IMG/VR virus record: IMGVR_UViG_3300035232_000745
Reading direction: 5' to 3' (one strand)
Length of the DNA stretch: 64,000 nt
Origin: a virus
Part shown: one piece after another, positions 58,144-64,000 of the stretch
Layout: the number at the start of each line of letters is the position of its first letter
Numbering within the stretch: the first letter of the stretch is position 1
Notes under the pieces: generated by a model
The model's input: only the letters and a program-made list of their open reading frames with translations
Databases searched by the model: none
Told to the model about the DNA's origin: nothing
Translations under genes and position numbers: made by a program

Positions 58144-58616
58144 TGAATCAATTACAAGCCGCTTTCTTTAGCGGTCAAACACAGAAAGATAATAGTATGA
58201 CTAAGATTAAAAAAGCCTTTTGGTTTGTATTAGGCATCCTCTTGGTAGGCGTAGCTTATTTAGGAGTATTACTACCTGGACTACCGTGGAGTACACCTAT
58301 TTTAGGGGCGACGTTTTGTTTTGCCAAGTCCTCCGACCGTTTACACAACTGGATTATGAACCACCCAAGGTTTGGTCCATTTGTTAAAAACTGGTCTAAA
58401 CTAAGAGTTTACCCTCAAAAAGCAAAATATTTAATGGTTGCAGTAATGTCAACATCATTAGGATTTATGTATTTTGGTACGGGAAATATAAAAGCAACAT
58501 TGTATATGTTTATTATGTTTGCACTAATCGTTATTTGGGCATGGCGTTACCCAGGTAGTAAAGCGGAAGCAGAACGTCGTATTGAAGCCGGTGAAAAAAT
58601 CGGTTGGTTAAAGTAA
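58143..58616 (+). CDS. YbaN/DUF454 inner-membrane protein
   Basis: GV.LPGLP..P...A.FCF.KSS.RLH.W...HP.FGP. Confidence 0.85.
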   Translation: MNQLQAAFFSGQTQKDNSMTKIKKAFWFVLGILLVGVAYLGVLLPGLPWSTPILGATFCFAKSSDRLHNWIMNHPRFGPFVKNWSKLRVYPQKAKYLMVAVMSTSLGFMYFGTGNIKATLYMFIMFALIVIWAWRYPGSKAEAERRIEAGEKIGWLK

Positions 58617-58630
58617 AGGATATGGTTAAC

Positions 58631-59575
58631 ATGAAACAAATATTAAGTGCGGTTTTAGCCACAACTATAGCATCAGGTGCTATGGCAGGTGGACATGAAC
58701 AACCCGAAGAAAAAAACGGACCGTTTGTTAACGGCACTTTTGAAATCTATATTGACGACACAAATACTGAAGGAACAGTTGATACTCGTTTTGAGGCCAT
58801 GGGTGGTTACGAAACAGACATCGATCATCCTTTAGCAAATTGGGCAGGTTTTGGAGCAAGGTTCGATACAAACTATGCTTTGAACAGATCTCTTGATAAC
58901 ACAATTACTGAAAAGCAAATGGGACTCGGTATCGGTAATAACGCAAGATTATACGTAGGTGAAACAGATGCTCAGCGTTTAGGTTTTGCAAAAACATCTA
59001 AAATCGGTGCACCTGTTATTATTACAAAACCAAGTTCTCGTATTGATCATAACGAAAAAGTAGTTCTTACTTTTGGTGGTTGGGAAAACAACGACGAGTT
59101 TGAATTTAATACATATCGTTTAAAGCGTGATATGCCATATGGCGGCGTAGTTGGTTGGAATCCTGAAGACGATTCACTATATTACGGTGCAACTGCTCGA
59201 GTAAGTATTCTCGACGTTTCGTATATGGGCATTAAGAAAGATGATGAAACACAACATGGTTATTCGGTTGGCACATCATTCCATCGCATGGGAGTTCCAG
59301 TAGGTCTTGGCATTGAAAGATGGGAAGACGCTGAGAATACACGCATGGACTTTGGTGTAATGTATAATTATAGTAAAGAAATAATGTTTACTGCGCATAG
59401 AGTTGCAGACGACGACTTAGGATTTACATATAACTATCTTGCAGCAATTCATACTAAAGGACCAGTTGAGTTAGGATTATATCTACATCAAGGAAAAGAC
59501 CAAGTAAATCCTTGGACCGGTCAAAAATCAGAAATCGATGATAGCATTAAGGCTACAATCAAATATAAATTCTGA
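58631..59575 (+). CDS. outer-membrane porin-like beta-barrel
   Basis: signal peptide AMA, C-terminal IKYKF. Confidence 0.7.
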   Translation: MKQILSAVLATTIASGAMAGGHEQPEEKNGPFVNGTFEIYIDDTNTEGTVDTRFEAMGGYETDIDHPLANWAGFGARFDTNYALNRSLDNTITEKQMGLGIGNNARLYVGETDAQRLGFAKTSKIGAPVIITKPSSRIDHNEKVVLTFGGWENNDEFEFNTYRLKRDMPYGGVVGWNPEDDSLYYGATARVSILDVSYMGIKKDDETQHGYSVGTSFHRMGVPVGLGIERWEDAENTRMDFGVMYNYSKEIMFTAHRVADDDLGFTYNYLAAIHTKGPVELGLYLHQGKDQVNPWTGQKSEIDDSIKATIKYKF

Positions 59576-59655
59576 TTATAAATAAACTTAATATGGCAAT
59601 CACCTCTGATATCACGTGATTGCTTTTACAAAATGTTATTGATGAGGAGTATATA

Positions 59656-60678
59656 ATGAAGAGAATATTAATTACTGGTGGCGGTGGCTTTATTGCCCAT
59701 CATTTAATTAACCAAGTGCTTATGCGAACAGATTGGGAAATTGTAACACTAGATCGCTTAGATTATAGTGGCAATCTTAATCGTTTACACGACTTGCTTC
59801 AAGAACGTACTCCAACCGAGAGGAAAAGAGTCCGCACAATCTTCCACGATTTAAAAGCAGAAATTAACCCGATGCTAGAAGCAGACATCGGTCCTGTTGA
59901 TATCATTGCACATCTTGCAGCAGGCTCTCACGTAGATCGTTCTATTGATAGACCTATGGAATTTGTGATGGATAACGTTGTTGGTACTGCAAACCTTTTA
60001 GATTATGGTCGAAGACAAGATAATCTAGAACGTTTCTTGTACTTTTCAACTGATGAAGTATTTGGTCCTGCACCAGAAGGTGTTAAATACGATGAATACG
60101 ATCGTTATAATTGTACTAATCCTTATTCTGCATCTAAAGCTGGAGCAGAAGAACTCGCAGTAGCTTATCAAAATACATATAAAATGCCAATATACATTAC
60201 CCATACAATGAACGTATTTGGCCAAAGACAACATCCAGAAAAGTTTATTCCTATGACTATTCGTAATGTACGAGATGGCGGTACGGTAACTATTCACAGT
60301 GATGAAACAAAAACAATTCCAGGTTCACGTCATTATATTCATGCTGAAGATGTTGCAGATGCTACATTGTTCCTATTAGAAAACGAACGCACTCTTGATA
60401 TGACAAACAATACAGGCATTAAGTGTCCTAAGTTTAATATTTGTGGATCGACAGAATTAAACAATTTAGAATTAGCTCAATTAATTGCAGAGTCTCAAGG
60501 GAAGGAATTAAATTATGAATTTATGGATTTCCATTCTAGCCGTCCTGGGCATGATCTTCGTTATGCTCTTAGCGGTGATCGTATGGCGAACATGGGTTGG
60601 ACTCCACAACCAGTTAGAGAAAGAATTGATGAAGTGGTTCAATGGACTTTAAACAATAGAAGGTGGTTAGACATATGA
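59656..60678 (+). CDS. rfbB: dTDP-glucose 4,6-dehydratase
   Basis: TGGGGFIA, HLAAGSHVDRS, STDEVFG, PYSASKA, RPGHD.RY; late promoter at 59577-84. Confidence 0.9.
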   Translation: MKRILITGGGGFIAHHLINQVLMRTDWEIVTLDRLDYSGNLNRLHDLLQERTPTERKRVRTIFHDLKAEINPMLEADIGPVDIIAHLAAGSHVDRSIDRPMEFVMDNVVGTANLLDYGRRQDNLERFLYFSTDEVFGPAPEGVKYDEYDRYNCTNPYSASKAGAEELAVAYQNTYKMPIYITHTMNVFGQRQHPEKFIPMTIRNVRDGGTVTIHSDETKTIPGSRHYIHAEDVADATLFLLENERTLDMTNNTGIKCPKFNICGSTELNNLELAQLIAESQGKELNYEFMDFHSSRPGHDLRYALSGDRMANMGWTPQPVRERIDEVVQWTLNNRRWLDI

Positions 60679-61253
60679 GTTTTGTACAATTTATAGAAGG
60701 TGAATATAATAGAGTAAAGAACACTTTCTCTGATATTAACGAACACATCGAATTGCTATATACTTTAGGAATGGAATGTGATAGAATATGTGAAATGGGT
60801 GTCAGAGATGGTGCTAGTACTAGAGCATTTCTTAATACTAACGCATCTTTGAGATCATACGATATCGAATTAAACGAAGAAGTTCAAAACCTATTCACAA
60901 GAGCAAAGTCTGTTGGAAAAGATGTAACTTATGAAAAAGAGAACGTTTTGAATATTGAAATTGAGCAGTGTGATTTGTTGTTCATTGATACGTGGCATTC
61001 TGGTTCTCAATTAAAACGTGAGCTAGAAATACATGGTAACAAGGCTAACAAATATTTAGTATTCCATGACACTCATACATATGGATGCAGAGATGAAAAA
61101 CAAAACTGGAGAGACTTTGCGGATAAACGACCAATAGCAGGCGAAGGGTTACTTAAATCAATAATCGATTTTGTTATCGAAAATCCTGAATGGAAGTTTA
61201 AAGAATTAAGAACAAATAATAACGGCCTAACCGTTCTAGAAAGGACAAAGTAA
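60675..61253 (+). CDS. class I SAM methyltransferase
   Basis: EMGVR.G.ST, DLLFIDTWH, FHDT, NNGLT. Confidence 0.8.
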   Translation: MSFVQFIEGEYNRVKNTFSDINEHIELLYTLGMECDRICEMGVRDGASTRAFLNTNASLRSYDIELNEEVQNLFTRAKSVGKDVTYEKENVLNIEIEQCDLLFIDTWHSGSQLKRELEIHGNKANKYLVFHDTHTYGCRDEKQNWRDFADKRPIAGEGLLKSIIDFVIENPEWKFKELRTNNNGLTVLERTK

Positions 61254-62794
61254 TGATTGTAGATTGCTTTCCATTTTTTGCACCAACAGGAGAAGAACTC
61301 TTAAAACTAAGAGTTAATCTTTTAAAAGATGTAGTCGATAAATTTATTATTGTTGAGTCTGATAAAACTCACAGCGGTAAACCAGTACAAAGAAAGTTTC
61401 TTGAGATTGCCCAGAAGCATGGTCTTCCAATGGAAAAAATCATCTACGTCGAACATCACATTCCAGAACGTGAAGATATCGTAGTTGAAAAGATTGATAA
61501 GATTAATGCAGGTGTAAATAAAGATAATGAAGATTCAGTATATGCTCGTGCAAGAGAAAGAATGCAAAAAGATGCGGTAATGGAAGGCATGTCTGGTTTT
61601 AGAGATAACGATGTATTCTTATACGGTGATGCTGATGAAATCATTAGACCAGAAAATGTTAAATGGGTTGCAAGAATGGCTCTTGCACATCAAGAAATTA
61701 TTCTCAAAATACCGTTAGCTTATCTGCAGGGTCGTGCCGATTTAAGAGCATATAATACTGACGATAGTCCAGTTGTATGGTGGAAAGCCATGTTCTTTGC
61801 GAGTAAAAAACAAATTATGGAGTTTTCAATAAACAAAATCCGTTGTGGTTCTATGCACCTCCCAATTCGTTGGCCAACACACAATAATCGTGTGATACAA
61901 GATATGGGCTGGCACTTTGCTTGGATGGGCGATTCTGATATGAGAAAAGTAAAAGCAGATTCTTTTGCACACGCGTTTGATAATTTTGATTGGATGGAAG
62001 ATGTAAAAGGATATCAAGACTATGCTAATTGGGATATGCATCTAACTGAAGAAGGACCAGCACCAGATGGAAACATCAATCATAAACTTAAAAGGTACGG
62101 AATAGAAAACTTACCTAGTATTATTTTCGAAGATGAAAGCCTGCGTGACTTCTTGTTGCCTCCTACTGATATAAAAGAAGAGTTTAAGTTTAATAAGTGT
62201 GATTGTTTTTGGTGTCAAAAGCTTAAGTTCCCTTTGATGTATAATCTCGACGGCGAAAGAAATTGGTTTGAAGTTCCGAGAAGTTGTAGTGTAACAATTA
62301 AAGAATCATTTCCTGAAAGACGTCAAGTATTTAGAGATACAGACGAATATGATGAAGCACGAGGTAGACCAATCGTAGTTTACTCAGATCCTATTAATAG
62401 ATTTGTTTCATGTATTAACGGTTATCTTGTAGAAAAACAACGTTATTATCATTATGGTGAAGATATTTTTGCGTCGTTTGGTAAAAAACTTAGTGAATGT
62501 ACTAAGCAAGAAAAGATAGATTTATTCTTTAAACATCTGCATAAAATCGGATCATCTCATCAGCTTCATCATTTTCACCCTCAAGCTTGGTTCGTTGATA
62601 CTAATAAGTTTAAAAAGTTTACTTTAGTTAAAAAAGAAGATGTTTCTTCAACCTTTAATGTTAAACATAAACTGAACCAAACTACGAAAGAAATCTTTGA
62701 GCAAGATTTTAGTGAAGAACAAATTGATTTTCTTAAACGCCTTTATGCTGTAGACTACGCCTTTTGGGATAAGTACAAACCAGATGAAAGTTAG
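61253..62794 (+). CDS. GT17-like glycosyltransferase fused to a sulfotransferase-like domain
   Basis: DCF.F, VD.F.IVES..THSG, DADEI, GWHF; C-terminal VPRSCS.T, DP.NRFVS, HF.PQ. Confidence 0.75.
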   Translation: MIVDCFPFFAPTGEELLKLRVNLLKDVVDKFIIVESDKTHSGKPVQRKFLEIAQKHGLPMEKIIYVEHHIPEREDIVVEKIDKINAGVNKDNEDSVYARARERMQKDAVMEGMSGFRDNDVFLYGDADEIIRPENVKWVARMALAHQEIILKIPLAYLQGRADLRAYNTDDSPVVWWKAMFFASKKQIMEFSINKIRCGSMHLPIRWPTHNNRVIQDMGWHFAWMGDSDMRKVKADSFAHAFDNFDWMEDVKGYQDYANWDMHLTEEGPAPDGNINHKLKRYGIENLPSIIFEDESLRDFLLPPTDIKEEFKFNKCDCFWCQKLKFPLMYNLDGERNWFEVPRSCSVTIKESFPERRQVFRDTDEYDEARGRPIVVYSDPINRFVSCINGYLVEKQRYYHYGEDIFASFGKKLSECTKQEKIDLFFKHLHKIGSSHQLHHFHPQAWFVDTNKFKKFTLVKKEDVSSTFNVKHKLNQTTKEIFEQDFSEEQIDFLKRLYAVDYAFWDKYKPDES

Positions 62795-63029
62795 GGCAGG
62801 TAGTGCCAATATAGATGTTCTAAGACTTGAAATTAAAGATTTAAATAGAGAGATTAGCGATCTATATAAAGAGCATGATATAGTAAGAAACCAAAATATG
62901 ATGCTTCTCGAAGTATTAACAGATCTGACCGGTGACGAAAGTTATTGGTCAGATGAAGCAAAGAAGACTGGTATTGTCTTTAAACTTACGAATGTACTAA
63001 CACAAATAAAAAATAATTTTGGTCACTAA
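62784..63029 (+). CDS. hypothetical protein
   Basis: coupled ORF. Confidence 0.5.
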   Translation: MKVRAGSANIDVLRLEIKDLNREISDLYKEHDIVRNQNMMLLEVLTDLTGDESYWSDEAKKTGIVFKLTNVLTQIKNNFGH

Positions 63030-63030
63030 A

Positions 63031-63068
63031 TAGTTTACAACCTATAGAAAACAGTATAGACTGATTCT
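63031..63068 (+). promoter_or_regulatory. sigma70-like promoter
   Basis: TTTACA 63034-39, 17 nt, TAGACT, TGATTCT 63062-68. Confidence 0.7.
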
Positions 63069-63096
63069 ATAATAATATAAACTATGAGGCAGTACT

Positions 63097-63621
63097 ATGA
63101 AGTTTAAAAAAATTACATCAGCTCTTATTGCAGTAGCTATTAATACAGCTGCGTTTGGAGCTCTTGTCTATACAGGTCAAGAGCTTGCAGCTCAAGAAGT
63201 AGAAAAAGACTTTGTTGAGTATCAAACACAAGAAATGAATTGCTTAGCTCTCAATATATACTTTGAGACTCATGCAGTATCATTAGTTGATGCAATGTCA
63301 GTCTCTGATGTTGTATTAAATAGAGTAATGAGTAAGCGCTTTCCTGATAGCGTATGTGACGTTGTTCATCAAGGTTTTAAACCAGGAAAGAAATCATGTC
63401 AATTTAGTTGGTATTGCGATGGTAAACACGATACACCTTATGATAATGACGCATGGGAAAAATCTCGTAAATATGCACGAGACATGTATCTTGGCAATCA
63501 ATACCGAGGAATTACAGAAGGTGCAACACATTACCACGCGCATTGGATGAAAGCTTATTGGGCTCCATCCATGCATAGAGTAGCGCGTATGGGTTCTCAT
63601 ATATTCTACAGAGAAGATTAA
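63097..63621 (+). CDS. SleB-like cell wall hydrolase (Hydrolase_2)
   Basis: CLALNIYFE, V.NRV...FP..VC.VV.Q, CQFSWYCDG, GATHYHA. Confidence 0.92.
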   Translation: MKFKKITSALIAVAINTAAFGALVYTGQELAAQEVEKDFVEYQTQEMNCLALNIYFETHAVSLVDAMSVSDVVLNRVMSKRFPDSVCDVVHQGFKPGKKSCQFSWYCDGKHDTPYDNDAWEKSRKYARDMYLGNQYRGITEGATHYHAHWMKAYWAPSMHRVARMGSHIFYRED

Positions 63622-63762
63622 TATGATAATAATCAGAGCATATTACAACAAAGCGTGGGTGAATAAATACTTCACTTGCGCATTAGATGCACAAGAATAT
63701 CGCGATTGGCTTGATGCTAGATACGCTCAAGTTCAATGGATAAATTACTAAGGAGAAAAATA

Positions 63763-64000
63763 ATGTCAGATGAACGATACGTCGTAGCGACGGTTGTCTC
63801 TACTCATAGGATGCGCTATGCAATTCCAGTAAGTAAGATGGAAACCGAAGAAGGCGTCCCATTAAGTATGACAGAAGCGAGTGTCATTGAGTATGTTAAT
63901 GACTCAGTCACATGCGAAGAAGTAAAAGAATTTTCCCAACATTTTCTTGGAGAGCAAATCATCGATACAATGATATTAGATGAAGAGCGAATTCTTAAAC
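63763..64000 (+). CDS. hypothetical protein (truncated by window end)
   Basis: AGGAG SD, open to the end of the window. Confidence 0.65.
   Translation, partial: MSDERYVVATVVSTHRMRYAIPVSKMETEEGVPLSMTEASVIEYVNDSVTCEEVKEFSQHFLGEQIIDTMILDEERILK

Noticed and set aside
499-63600. Many short antisense or nested ORFs in the track (e.g. 499-720, 7087-7353, 29481-29813, 42836-43327, 51526-51921)
   Set aside because: They are shadows of well-supported genes or RNAs, with no SD or motifs.
1-64000. Alternative genetic code, introns or inteins in core genes
   Set aside because: gp41, uvsX, primase, thyX, nrdA and nrdB read through at normal length in the standard code, and there is no suppressor tRNA.

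Overview
A 64 kb, AT-rich segment of a large T4-like myovirus genome. Core T4-like genes are gp33, gp59, gp32, uvsX, gp41 and gp61, with many TATAAATA late promoters. The host is almost certainly an alphaproteobacterium, probably marine Rhodobacteraceae-like. Host clues are a circularly permuted two-piece tmRNA with tag ANENFAPSGYALAA, a C4-pathway ALA synthase, a Rhodobacter-like ATP synthase c subunit, DUF1127 and pseudoazurin. The window also holds 4 tRNAs, ThyX, a class I RNR (ATP-cone on the beta subunit), a GH19 endolysin with spanins, several glycosylation islands, heme oxygenase with a bilin reductase, TctA/TctC, and two porins. The most notable items are: (1) a late-expressed curli/type VIII secretion module (csgF, csgG, two curlin-like beta-solenoids, FecR) next to a CHASE2 class III cyclase-lipase operon; (2) five sigma70-like promoters that all carry TGATTCT, the GANTC-containing motif preferred by the methylation reader GcrA; (3) an atpE paralogue that keeps the proton-binding Glu but has lost the F1-binding loop; (4) a run of seven ORFs with T4-type capsid-targeting sequences, including a His-rich ADP-ribosyltransferase; (5) a tRNA-like RNA with two exactly complementary hairpin loops. 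All calls come from reading motifs by eye. No database search was run.
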